A DNA stretch of 64,000 nt from Toensbergia leucococca (taxonomy: Eukaryota), in contig JALDZS010000013.1 in the NCBI GenBank assembly GCA_022813965.1, positions 62,001 through 126,000 on the forward strand. The letters run 5' to 3'. A program made the position numbers and the translations under genes. A model generated the notes under the pieces. It was not told the DNA's origin and did not search any database. It was given only the letters and a program-made list of their open reading frames with translations. Each line of letters begins with the position of its first letter. Position 1 is the stretch's first letter. Below are positions 1-11,160 of the stretch, piece by piece.

Positions 1-241
1 TACACGCTTGATCTGAAGCTAACACCTCATTAGTATTTTATCATGCACCCTCTTCTGCTCGCTCAAAGTCTCTGGGCGGCCTTTCTCGGCGACGTTCGTA
101 GGCATATGTAAGACTTCATACCAACTTGAAACAGGGCAGAAGCCTTGTGAACAGTCTTCTATAGTCGAACGTGGAGTAGTCCATGAGGAAAGACCAAATA
201 CTCCGAAAAGACACGATCTTCATTACTTTCGCCCGCCACCT

Positions 242-1015
242 ATGAGGGTACCTTTGCGTGGATCAAGGACTTCCTGGCTCCCGCCTCTCTCTTTCCAGAT
301 ATCGGCGAAATCTGATCAGCTCGCCACGCAGATCAGTTCAACTACTCGCCCCCTTTTGGCACGCAGATTGACCTCCGCCAACGTCTCATCTTCAGTATAT
401 AGCCAGCCTACTTCGGCCTCGTCGCTCTCTCGGCATCCAAGTACTCTCAGCTCGCTCAGTAGCGACTCCCACAGCATTGATGCACGCACCTCCCCATTGA
501 ACATAATGTACCGAGCTAGAACACCTGAGTTGCCCGTAATACCAGATAAGTACCGTTCGTCAAACAACGGTAGGATTAGTAGGCCCAAGCCAAGGAGACC
601 ATCATCTAGACCAACCATGCCACCTGCGGAATTCTGGAATTACGTGTCCGCTAGTGAAAGACAGCATCGTTGTACTCAGCCCCGGCAGAGGGAATCAACA
701 AAACGCGACCCTTCTGTGTGCCGTTACCCCATCATACGAACCCCAGCAAGAGCTATTACTGTTACGAAGGTGAGGCCGGACAAGGCGCTTTTGCGCCATA
801 GCGAGAGACTGACTGTCGTTGGAAAAGAGCAATCCTATGAGAATCTGAGAAAGGGAGATTGCAGTACGTATGATCTACAATGTGATGATTTGGTCAAGCA
901 TATGGCAAGGAGGTTCGAAGGCGTTGAAGAGAGCAAGAAGAACAGCGAAGGATTACAGGAGATGAAGAGGAAAAAGAGCAGGACCCTAGTGAAGAAGAGG
1001 CAGCCTTGGGATTGA
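242..1015 (+). CDS. Hypothetical Ser/Arg-rich protein, 257 aa (true start may lie upstream)
   Basis: Uninterrupted ORF, low complexity, basic C-terminus; no recognisable domain. Confidence 0.35.
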   Translation: MRVPLRGSRTSWLPPLSFQISAKSDQLATQISSTTRPLLARRLTSANVSSSVYSQPTSASSLSRHPSTLSSLSSDSHSIDARTSPLNIMYRARTPELPVIPDKYRSSNNGRISRPKPRRPSSRPTMPPAEFWNYVSASERQHRCTQPRQRESTKRDPSVCRYPIIRTPARAITVTKVRPDKALLRHSERLTVVGKEQSYENLRKGDCSTYDLQCDDLVKHMARRFEGVEESKKNSEGLQEMKRKKSRTLVKKRQPWD

Positions 1016-1157
1016 AGAGATGGGGAATAGAATGATTGATGATACAAGATGAAGCGTTAATGATAGATGTGTAAGTACCATTATGCCTTTCAAGGCCACA
1101 TTAAGCCTTTGAGCGCTGAGTCCGTAGTCTACCAAGGATTGTGAAGCTGCTGAGGTA

Positions 1158-2036
1158 TCAGACGGGGCTTCCGCACTTGACGCGTTTGCGTGTTCTCCTT
1201 GAGACGGCTCCTGCATCGACGTGGATGCGCTCGGCCTTTTTCTTGCCTCGTGTTTTCTCGGGCAATGGAGTTGGATTACTTTCCATGAATGGCTCTGAAG
1301 ACATGTCTTTTCGGTGCATGGCATCATCGACGTCTAGGGGCTTCGAGCACCATCCGCTCCAATTTGCCAAGTTTTCCTGATTGTTCCAATTGATCTTGCC
1401 CTCTCTTTTATCATCGAAATGATCCGATATCCAACTCGCCACCACCTTTCCCGTCTTCTCCCCAACGGACATGGTTCCCTTGCTAGGTCTCACATTCATG
1501 CCATGATCGGCGTCTCGAACCACCACTCTCCATGTTTTACAACTCATCTTCATCCGCACCTCTTCTAGCCTATCAAGATTGCACATGGAGTCCCTATCTC
1601 CTGTTACAAAAATCACTTCTGTAGATGACGATAAGTCGAGCAGAATTTGATCTCGGACGACTTTGTCAGTGTGTAATGGATAGCTGATCAACACCAAATA
1701 TTTTGTGTTCTTTGAAGCAGCCTTGACTGCGGCTCGAGCACCCATACTTCGGCCTCCAAGACACGTGGAAAAGTTGTTATGTTTACTAACGGTGTTAAAC
1801 ATGTTGATTCGAGAATTGAGGTTTATGTTCCCTTGAAAGCACACAAGAGGTAACTGAGATGAGAATCCCTTGGCGAAGTGTGCAATTCCATCCGATGATA
1901 GTGTACCTCCTGCACCATGAGTGAAAATCAAGGCAGGAGTACTTGCTTTGTCGACATCAGGGGATGACGCAATGCAGTGAATTGACTTTGGGACAAAATC
2001 AATTTCGAACAAACGTTGGTATGTATCTGAAGCCAT
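1158..2036 (-). CDS. Alpha/beta hydrolase, TEX30/KANSL3-like
   Basis: FTHGAGG motif, nucleophile elbow GGRSMGARAA, ISYPLH, GDRD (Asp) and ADHGM (His); basic C-terminal tail. Confidence 0.8.
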   Translation of the reverse strand: MASDTYQRLFEIDFVPKSIHCIASSPDVDKASTPALIFTHGAGGTLSSDGIAHFAKGFSSQLPLVCFQGNINLNSRINMFNTVSKHNNFSTCLGGRSMGARAAVKAASKNTKYLVLISYPLHTDKVVRDQILLDLSSSTEVIFVTGDRDSMCNLDRLEEVRMKMSCKTWRVVVRDADHGMNVRPSKGTMSVGEKTGKVVASWISDHFDDKREGKINWNNQENLANWSGWCSKPLDVDDAMHRKDMSSEPFMESNPTPLPEKTRGKKKAERIHVDAGAVSRRTRKRVKCGSPV

Positions 2037-2384
2037 CTTTTAGATGATACATGAGATTGTTGATGAATGTGGGTGCAGAGTTGGTGGAATTCGAGCATTG
2101 GATGCTTTGCCTTGCTATTTTTAGTATGTGGTACGGATTTGGTATTAAGCTTGAATGATATTAGATATGTTTCAGCCCTATTCGAGAGCCAACCAATTCG
2201 CTGCCCGCTCAGCCCTGGGTGCGGCGTCGTGGGCGTCTACCTATCTAGATCGACATAAGCGGATCGAAAAGAATTCAGCTTGTGAGGCACAGCACACCAT
2301 CATGGACTTCTCTTATTACATCTTAAATGTCTTTCCTCAGTTGTTTGACGACTTCTGTCTGTCCCGAGTGAAGACTCGAGTCAA

Positions 2385-4409
2385 ATGGCTTTCTCACGTC
2401 TATGGCAGACTAATCACTCAACTGATGATCTTGGCGACGCCATTCATCTCAACGACGTTGGCTCTGATCCTTTTGACGACGCCACCGAGAATCAACGAGG
2501 CTTCTCAGTACCCCACGATCCTACCGATACCGCCAGCACAGCGTATCCAGGTCCCGAGCCCAGTGCGTACAAGCAGAAGCACTTCGGTCTGAACAGTGCA
2601 GAGTATGGATCAATCCAAGAGCCTCGTCTTGGAGTCTTCTCAGCCTGGGGGCAGGAGATGTCGTGTTGCCTGCTAGTACTTGCCGCTCTGATTGCCATCG
2701 TTGGAATAGTCTATCCATATCAAGGCAATCCTCTACCTGACTGGCCCTACAATATCTCGATAAATACCCTTGTCGCCGTCTTCATCGCCATCTCAAAGTC
2801 CGCAATGCTTCTGGTCATCACCCAAGGCTTGAGCCACCTGAAGTGGAATTGGTTCCGCAAGAAACGACCATTACAAGATATCACAAGGTACGATATGGCA
2901 AGTCGAGGGCCCTGGGGGTCGTTGCGACTACTCTTCCACCTTCGTGGCCGCGATTTTGTCGCCACGCTTGGTGCCATTGTGACAGTCCTTGCCATCGCCA
3001 TGGATCCCTTTGCCCAACAGATCATACGCTATTACTCGTGTTCCATCCCTGCGACAGACGCGCCAGCCTCAATACCTAGAACCAACTTGTATGACGAAAC
3101 TGGCTGGCATCTCTTCGCCGGCGCGAGTACTGTTCCGTTAGGAATGGTCGGAGCCATCAATAGTGGTGTTTTTAGTACCGGTGCAACTGTACCTTTCAAT
3201 TGCCCGACCGGTAATTGCACCTTTTCTGGCAATTACCACTCTGTTGGCTTCTGTAGTACATGTTCTGATGCCACGTCTAATATAACCGTCACCAACATGA
3301 CCTCGCACATACAGGGCGATACTGAGCCGGTGCTAATCACCAATTACAGCCTCCCGTCAGGCTCATCATTGGTCTACTCAGAATTCTCCGAGGGGGAAAC
3401 CTTTTTTATGATGACCAGCCCTGATGGTGGCTCCACTATCGATATGATCGGAATTCAATTACAAGGCGCCGTAGACGATGCCCAATGCCATGCTACCGGC
3501 AATAAAAGTTTCGGCTGTAGTGGGATCGGTGCCGCGACCTGCCAGATAATACCGTGTGTCAGAACTTTCAATGGAAATATCTCCGACGGTAATTTGACAG
3601 AGCATTCAATCGGTAGTTGGACTGAATGGGGTTCCCACTCTGGAGGAGGATATGATGAAAATCTGGCGGCCGTTAACGTTGATTGTCTGTCTCAATCGGA
3701 CCGCCAGTCTGTTGAGGCTGCTGGATATAAGCTAGAGCCTGGCACTCACTGGCTTGCGTATAACGACACTTTGAATGACATGGATGGAACCTGGGCGAAT
3801 GAAACCGTTTCCAACGCTACTAATTCCAAAGAGCTACAAGGCATCGTCTCCGATCATTGCATCTATCAGATGTTTGTGGTAACAGCAGCCTCGATAGATT
3901 TCTTCTGGGACAGTTACTTCAACGGGACCATGACCCAAGAAGAAGATGAGCCGACAGGCCCTGCTGTAGTCTCAACTTTTTTCAACATGTGGAACGTGTC
4001 ATTCGATCGCATCGAAAGCATTTTTTCAAACGTTTCCGATTCCATGACGACCTATATCCGGCAGAACGGCAACCACAGCCAGAGCGAGCCCGTGAGGGGG
4101 CATGCACAACGTGAGACCACATGTGTGCGCGTCCACTGGTGGTGGCTAGCATATCCCGCTTTCCTCGCTGGACTGATGTTATTTTTCTTCGTCATCATGA
4201 TCTTTGTGACGAGGAAAGGACACGATCAAGCGTATGACTGGAAATCGTCTCCATTGGCACTTCTATACCATGGCCTTGACCAGGACACTCTGAACCAGCG
4301 CGAGCATGGCATGCTCGGCCGGGTACGCGATATGCAGAAGAATGCCACAGATTTCCAGGTGCGCTTGACAAGAACGGAAAAGGGATGGAAGCTTTCGGAG
4401 GTTGGTTGA
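2385..4409 (+). CDS. DUF3176-type fungal membrane protein
   Basis: 674-aa ORF with LSHLKWNWF, DMASRGPWGSL, CPTGNCTF, TCVRVHWWWLAYP and WKSSPLALLYHG motifs; several TM segments and N-glycosylation sequons. Confidence 0.75.
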   Translation: MAFSRLWQTNHSTDDLGDAIHLNDVGSDPFDDATENQRGFSVPHDPTDTASTAYPGPEPSAYKQKHFGLNSAEYGSIQEPRLGVFSAWGQEMSCCLLVLAALIAIVGIVYPYQGNPLPDWPYNISINTLVAVFIAISKSAMLLVITQGLSHLKWNWFRKKRPLQDITRYDMASRGPWGSLRLLFHLRGRDFVATLGAIVTVLAIAMDPFAQQIIRYYSCSIPATDAPASIPRTNLYDETGWHLFAGASTVPLGMVGAINSGVFSTGATVPFNCPTGNCTFSGNYHSVGFCSTCSDATSNITVTNMTSHIQGDTEPVLITNYSLPSGSSLVYSEFSEGETFFMMTSPDGGSTIDMIGIQLQGAVDDAQCHATGNKSFGCSGIGAATCQIIPCVRTFNGNISDGNLTEHSIGSWTEWGSHSGGGYDENLAAVNVDCLSQSDRQSVEAAGYKLEPGTHWLAYNDTLNDMDGTWANETVSNATNSKELQGIVSDHCIYQMFVVTAASIDFFWDSYFNGTMTQEEDEPTGPAVVSTFFNMWNVSFDRIESIFSNVSDSMTTYIRQNGNHSQSEPVRGHAQRETTCVRVHWWWLAYPAFLAGLMLFFFVIMIFVTRKGHDQAYDWKSSPLALLYHGLDQDTLNQREHGMLGRVRDMQKNATDFQVRLTRTEKGWKLSEVG

Positions 4410-5784
4410 TGGGGTGATTGGGAGCTATTGCATAAGCTTCGCTCCAAGGAAAGGAGTTACTATGATGTTTCAAAAAGAGCTGGCTTGTTGCCGTCCTCGA
4501 AATGGTTCAACGTGTCAATATCTACCGACTTATACGACCCACTTTGACGAGATGTCAAAATCCGCTTGTCTATCATCTTCATGACCAGCGAGTTGACCTA
4601 TACGTCAATATATAAGTATCAGTAACGTTTGTTTTAAAATTACATTTGCCTGAGATATACATGGGATATGGTCATATAAAAGCCGGTCTAGAGTCAGGAT
4701 GATACTGACTAGCTATCAATGTAATTTTTAAATTTCTGAGATATTTACGAAGCCTTGGCTTGAGAAAACGAGTCAAGAAATATCCTTAGTGAGTGTCCAC
4801 TGACAGCACCATGATGCAACCCATTGAATTCTTAACTCCTATGATCCTAATTTAGTATCAGATCATACAATTACTCTCAAGATATGAGCAATAACTCTTG
4901 TGTTGCATGCAAAGATAGGTCTCTGCTTGAAAGATCGTTTAGCACGCAAGGGTTTCTGCTTTATCTTCTATTTTGATTATAACGTAGCAGCGAGAGAGTC
5001 TCCTTCTAACTTCGCGAGCACAATGTGACCGGTTCCCTGACTCCGCCGCTGTTTTATTCACCTATTTGTCCATTCCCCTTCCGTCGTGACCGCTGTATTT
5101 TCTTCTTCAGATCATTGAGGGCAACGATGACTTCTTCTGCTGCCCGACATATCAAGGCTTTGAGAAGAAAAGATCAACAAGAACCACACAAACGAGCTTG
5201 GAGATCAAAAAATTTGTGAGGCTTGAGCGAAGGCAAACCATGAAGGGAGCTGTAAATTGTTCAACGGTGGTACGCCTGGTGCTTGTTCCATGGTGCTTCG
5301 GACGAGGCCTAAATGCAGCAAAGACGACGAGAAGAGGATTGGGAAATTTAGCGAATTAGTCGGCATGTTGTGGGATGAAAAGGAGGTTTAGGGACTGTAT
5401 TTGTTCAGTCTTTTCCCTTCTTTTTGGATTTTATTAGCATATTATATTCAGTCTATGAGGTATTCTATATTCAATTCAATGCTTCATTGGATCACCTTGT
5501 CCCGGTCTAAAGAGAAGCCAGTCTGTTGACAGTCATAAGTCCACTTTTGGTGCTGTGCGTCCGTGTATTCTAGGGCTGAGATATTCTGATAGAATGTTAT
5601 TCTACGGTCAAGGGGAAGCGCGCCCCTCGGCCGCATGGAACGACGCTTGATGACTATTAGTACAGTGCGAGATAGAATAGAGGAGCTGCATGTGCTACCA
5701 GCGATTTGCTTTTAAATCATGCCGTTCGATGACAACTTTGCAGAGTTCTAGCTGACTTGCTTCCTCAATTTCCAACTTCTAGGC

Positions 5785-6990
5785 ATGATATCCGAACCAC
5801 CTCTTCTGGGCATACGAGTTGTCGAGCTTGCCGGCCTTGCTCCAGGTATTTGAAGAAGGTCTATCTCTTCAATCTCCTAGCTAAACTCTTCAAGCTCCCT
5901 TTGCTTCACTTCTTCTCGCCGATTACGGTGCCTCTGTCCTCCGCATAGATCGCCCGCACCCTCATGCCCACAGCTCGGAGCCATTACCTCCGACTAACGA
6001 TCTCCTCGCAAGGCGCAAGTCGTCTATTGCCCTAGATCTCAAGTCGTTCGGTGGCTACAAGCTCTTGACAGATCTCCTCAAGCACGCCGACGTTTTAATC
6101 GAGCCTTACCGCCCTGGTGTCCTCGAGTCGCTGGGCCTGAATCCTACAGGGCTCTTGGCTTCGAACCAAAGATTGATCATCGCCAGATTGACCGGCTTTC
6201 GAAGAGATGGCGAATACGCAAACAAGGCAGGGCATGACATAAACTACTTGGCTGTTTCTGGTGTGCTCAGTCTATTGGGACGGAAAGGGGAGGCGCCTTA
6301 CGCTCCGGCAAATATCTTGGCCGACTTTGCTGGGGGTGGTTTGATGTGTGCCTTTGGTATTCTCATGGCTCTATTCAGTAGAACACATTCGGGGAAAGGA
6401 CAAGTGGTGGAAAGCAACATGGTGGATGGATCTGCCTTTTTGGGCACCTTGATGCGGTACCTCATCAGAACACCACTTTGGGATCAACCTCGTGGTCAAA
6501 ATCTACTAGATGGAGGGTGTCCTTGGTATGACGTCTACGAGTGTAAAGATGGTAAATACATGGCCGTCGGTGCGCTTGAACAGAAGTTTTTGTTGAACTA
6601 CTTCGAGGCCTAGACCTGTTTGAAGAGCAACTGATACTTCAAAGAGATGATCGGAAGACATGGCCAATGGTGAAAAGGCTGTTCAAGAGAAGATTTCTAG
6701 AAAAGACCAGGCAGGATTGGGAAACGGTGTTTCGGGACAAAGACGCCTGCTGCACGCCTGTCCTCGGGCTTGAAGAACTCAAGAATCAGGGCTATGAACA
6801 GAGGCCCGCGGTGAGATTGATGAGTACGCCTGGTCTCAAGATATCCCAGAAAGAGGCCTGGGTAAGCAGTGGATTATCTCCTGGAGCTGGAGGCGAGAAG
6901 ATGTTAGATGATTGGGTAGGTTGGAAGAGAGATAGAGACTACAAGGCTGAGAATGGGTCACTGATCAAGATTGATGCTGCAAAAATGTAA
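5785..6990 (+). CDS. CoA-transferase family III / alpha-methylacyl-CoA racemase (CaiB/BaiF); intron 5846-5894; apparent 1-nt frameshift at 6587-6591
   Basis: Spliced N-terminus [28 protein letters not shown], then [37 protein letters not shown]; ends AKM (PTS1-like). Confidence 0.85.
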
Positions 6991-8052
6991 TTCCAGAATC
7001 TATTGTTCCCACTTGCCGTTCGCAACAACTGGGATTATACTTTCCACGCAAAGCCTTGAATTCCAATACGAAGACAAATTTCAAGTACAAGACCTCACAA
7101 ATAAGACGGACGAGTAACAAGAAGCCATACATCGAAAGCACTTATTCGAGTATGATCAGACAGACATAGTCGCAGATGTGTACTCAGATCATGCCCGAAA
7201 AAAAATCATCGACCTTCTTCTGTCACAGATTCTCTTGGAGGCCGTAGAACCAGATCTCTCGGGCAAACGCCATTTCCTGACCAAGGCTAACCCTCTCAAA
7301 TTGTGGCCAATATTCAAGGGACGTAGGCCGAGGTTCTTGAATCTATATTCGAAATCGGATCACGATGAAGGAAAGAGTGATCTTGCGACATGGCTTAGGC
7401 ATTCATTGCTCCTTCAATGTGACTGAGGAATGGCAGCAAGTCAATTAGGACCAAAAAGCTCTCTCCGCTGGATCTTTTCAGGCCAAGCCAAAAGGCATTC
7501 ACACTATATTGTAAGTAAGCCCTGGTCCTTATAAGCCCTTGACTGTGGATGCGATTGGCGGATTTTAGATGACTATCTCAGGCACAGCTGTGGCTTCAAC
7601 CTCGTGACTGTCATCCCCAGATGAGGCGAAGGAGAGGTAGTAGGCGTCACTATTTGATATCAAGCCTATGTTTATGGCGCTGCAGAATGTCACGCCAACG
7701 AATATGAGATTGGCCCACGTTCTTGTTTTGTAGCAACTATTCTAGGGAGCGAGGTCTATTCCTATTTCCCTCCAGCAATGCCATGAAGCTCGGCTCAGTC
7801 CAACGCCTAGTTTCGAACCTCGAATACGTTGAGAGCATCGAGTACTGAAACCGATTGAAATCTTGATTTTATACCCTTTTGCCCAGGCCGGTCTTGATCC
7901 TTGCAAGCAAGAATAGGAAATTATGTACAACACTGCGCCATTGCCTTCCGAAAACCAATCTCGACAAACTAAACCCGTCAGCTTTCGAGATATCATCATC
8001 GTATCAAACCACAACCACGACTCCCTTCTACATTTAGACACGTCCCTTGACA

Positions 8053-9628
8053 TCAGGCTTCCTCCACCACAAATTTGTCAACAAATTCGCTAACAGGTAC
8101 CTGGAGGAAATCTTCCGCCATTGTCTCCTGGATGATATTCTCGATCTCTGATTCCGGGAAGAAGATGGCCATGTGCTTCCTGAATTTATTTTGAACAGCG
8201 GGTGGGGTGTCGTTGCGCCATGGGTGTCCAAGAGGGTGGTGCACCACAACCTCGTCAAGCTTGGTGCCATCATTAAGAGTTACGAGCAAGGCACTTGCGC
8301 AGCCTCCCGACTTCGGGTCATGGTAGTCCTTGGTGAATTGTGGGTCCTCGACAAGTTCAATCTTCTGCCGGAGAGCCTCAACTCGGGCATCGTGGGCCCA
8401 GTGGTTTTCATAATCCTCGGCGTCGATAACACTACCCTTCAAGAGAATGACAGCGATCATGTATTGCATGCAGTGATCCCTATCGGCCGCGTTGTGAAGA
8501 TCGCCCTTCTTGTTGATGATGATCATGGCCGCCTCTTGTGTTCGAACATTGATCTTCTCAATATCCTTCTCGGCCGAGATATCTCGCTCCTTCAACTTCT
8601 CCCCGACTTGAACAGCGGCCTCGACTGCAGCTATACCATGACCCTCTGCAGCCACCAATTTGAAGAATATGTTCTCGATGACGTGGTTTGCGAATGGGCG
8701 TGGGAGTTGAAATTCTTTGCCTTTGAAGAGGACATCATAGAAACCCCATCGTGGTGCAGTCAAGACAGTGGGTGCGCCGGGTTGACCGTGTTTTGTGAGT
8801 AATGCAAGATGTACGGCACGCATGCAGGCATCACCGGCAGCCCAGCCTTTTCGAGGGCCGGTGTTGGGCGATTGACGGAAAGTACGCAATGGATGGCCAT
8901 CCATCCATGCTTGTGATAGAGCATCAAGAGTTTGTTTTTCTGAGAGACCTAGCATCCAAGAGACTACAGCCGTAGAGCCAATTTTCACAAGGATGGTGTG
9001 GTCCAAACCGACTTTGTTGAAGGCATTACGCAATTGAAAGCAGCCTTGAATTTCGTATGCTTTGATGAGAGCAATAAGAACAGTCTCCATGGTCATGGGT
9101 GGTTGTCCTTCGATCTTCTCTCCACCGGCTTGCTGTGTACGGCTCTGCCAATCGGCGACAGCTAAGATGGCGCCAATATTATCTGAGATATAATTCGGCA
9201 ATCAGTTCTCCACGCCTGACATATCTACTTTCAGATCGAGACCTACCTGATGGATGCCCCCATTCGGCACCGGGGTAGGCGTCGCTAATGTCCAAATAAC
9301 GAATCATGGCTCCCAAATCAAAAGCGCCTTTAATGGGGTCCAATTGGAAATTTGTTCCTGGGAGCTTGAATCCATTAGGCACAATAGTACCTGGGACCAC
9401 TGGACCTATCATTCTCGCACAGTCGGGATTCTCTTTCAAGCTTTTCATGGCACATCCAAGAGAATCGAGTAGAGCTACTCGGGCATGCAGCCATGCCTTT
9501 GGGCTTGTGATTTTGTGCTCGAATACATAGGTGGTGATATCTCGTAGTACTTGGTCATAAGGAAGACGCGAATTGTCATCGGCTTGGGGTGGGGCGCCAG
9601 ACTTCTTTTCGTTGGACATTATAGTCAT
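8053..9628 (-). CDS. MmgE/PrpD family dehydratase (2-methylcitrate/alkylcitrate dehydratase-like); intron 9183-9246
   Basis: ALLDSLGCA, spliced AEWGHPS|DNIGA, KAYEIQG, GLDHTILVK, GPRKGWAAGDAC, NAADRDHCMQY. Start at 9628 or 9619; no obvious mitochondrial presequence. Confidence 0.92.
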
Positions 9629-11160
9629 TATTCTGATATTGAGGAGGCTGATGAGGTGATGTGGTGAGTTTGGTGATAGTTTGGTATGACCTCGAAGGCT
9701 TTCGTCTTTTTCTCTATCTTTCACTTTCACTTTTTCTTAATTATTCACGTACTCGGTCGAAGTGAAGGAAGCGTGACGTGTGGGGTAGGTTAAGAGGTTC
9801 CAAATTGTGTTTGGTCCGAATGTTTCAAATGAACGGCCATCGGACAAATCCTTCTTATGGTGCTACAAATGCAACCATGCAGTGGTAAGGTTGATCTTGG
9901 GGTCAATAATAGCCATGCACTTCTCTGTCATCTTGTTCCATGGCACAGGAAAGAAGGTTTATTTTACGATATTATGATGTTTTCACTTTTCTTTGGCTTT
10001 GCACGGAGTACTGATTTTGGACTGGGACTGATTCCAACCGAGTGTGCTGAGCGATTGGTGTCTTGTCATTTAGTCTGGCAGTACTGCATATTATGGCTGA
10101 GGTGAAACAACCTCAGGCAAGTGATGGTGTTTTGCATGAATAATTTACGTCATTAGTACAGGGCAGAGACGCCAAGTAAGAAGAGTGGCGCGCATGAAGG
10201 ATTCGCACGTTGCACCCACAAGAGCACCGTGACCCATTTCAGCTAGCCTTCCCGAACCCTTAACTGACTTGGGGGGATGAGTACCCACGTACCCTAACCC
10301 TAGCGAGCCTAGGTAGGTAGGTACAGCGTACAAGGGGCTGAGCCAGGTTTACGCGAACAGATTAGTCTTTCTTTCTTAGACTACCAACTTCCTCACCTTC
10401 TCACCTCACCTCGTCTTACCCTACTACCACCTGTACTACTACTCATACTACGGCTACAGTCAGCCTCATACAACATATGGGAACATCCATGTCAGGAATA
10501 AGACACTCTCGGCTCTTTACCACCACCAGCCAGTGTTTGCGGGCTTACATAAGCCCCCAAACTTGCAATGTAACCAGAAACACACGATGGATTCGTAGTA
10601 CTCGGTTTCATCGTACTACCACCATGCATCCCTGACGGCAACGTGGAGATCGAAGCCAGCACGTCCCGATCAAGACTTTGCATCCGTCGCACCAAATCTC
10701 CGGGACCAGACACCCTGTGAGAAGTTGCATGATACGCAGTGATTCGACCCCATCAACCAACGAGGCTGACCAAACCGTAAAGAAAGGTAAGATTGGCCGA
10801 GTTAGCTGGGTCTCGTCGACTGCAACCTAATGCCTATGCTTTTCTATACGTTTCATGGGATTTGGCGCCAAGGACCATGCGGAATTGTCACTTAGAGATA
10901 CTCAACACCAGCGTGTCATGCCCTACACAGAATGATGTCAGATGTTACGCCGTCCACTTAATAAGAAGGCCGCCGCATCCTCCCAATCCAATGCCATTAA
11001 CTTCACTCACATCCAAGACCTGAATCTTCTTTCAATAAGTCAACCTTCCATCCAAAATCAACTTCTTCTTTAGTATTTTATATTATTCCAGACCATCCGC
11101 AACCTTCACCAAGCATCCACAATTCAGAGTTTCCCTCGATTTACTATATCTTCTAGCAAC

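Noticed and set aside
7545..7625. tRNA-Sec-like string (GGAT...GGCTTCAACC...ATCC)
   Set aside because: No T-arm GTTC motif or consistent cloverleaf could be built.
8173..8802. 209-aa plus-strand ORF and similar antisense ORFs (e.g. 13739-14197, 50761-51555, 29134-29955)
   Set aside because: Shadows of real genes or of low-complexity skewed DNA; no independent motifs.
9630..11160. TPP riboswitch or clear Zn2Cys6 sites in the PrpD-CS spacer
   Set aside because: No TPP aptamer consensus and no repeated CGG-spaced motif could be identified by eye.
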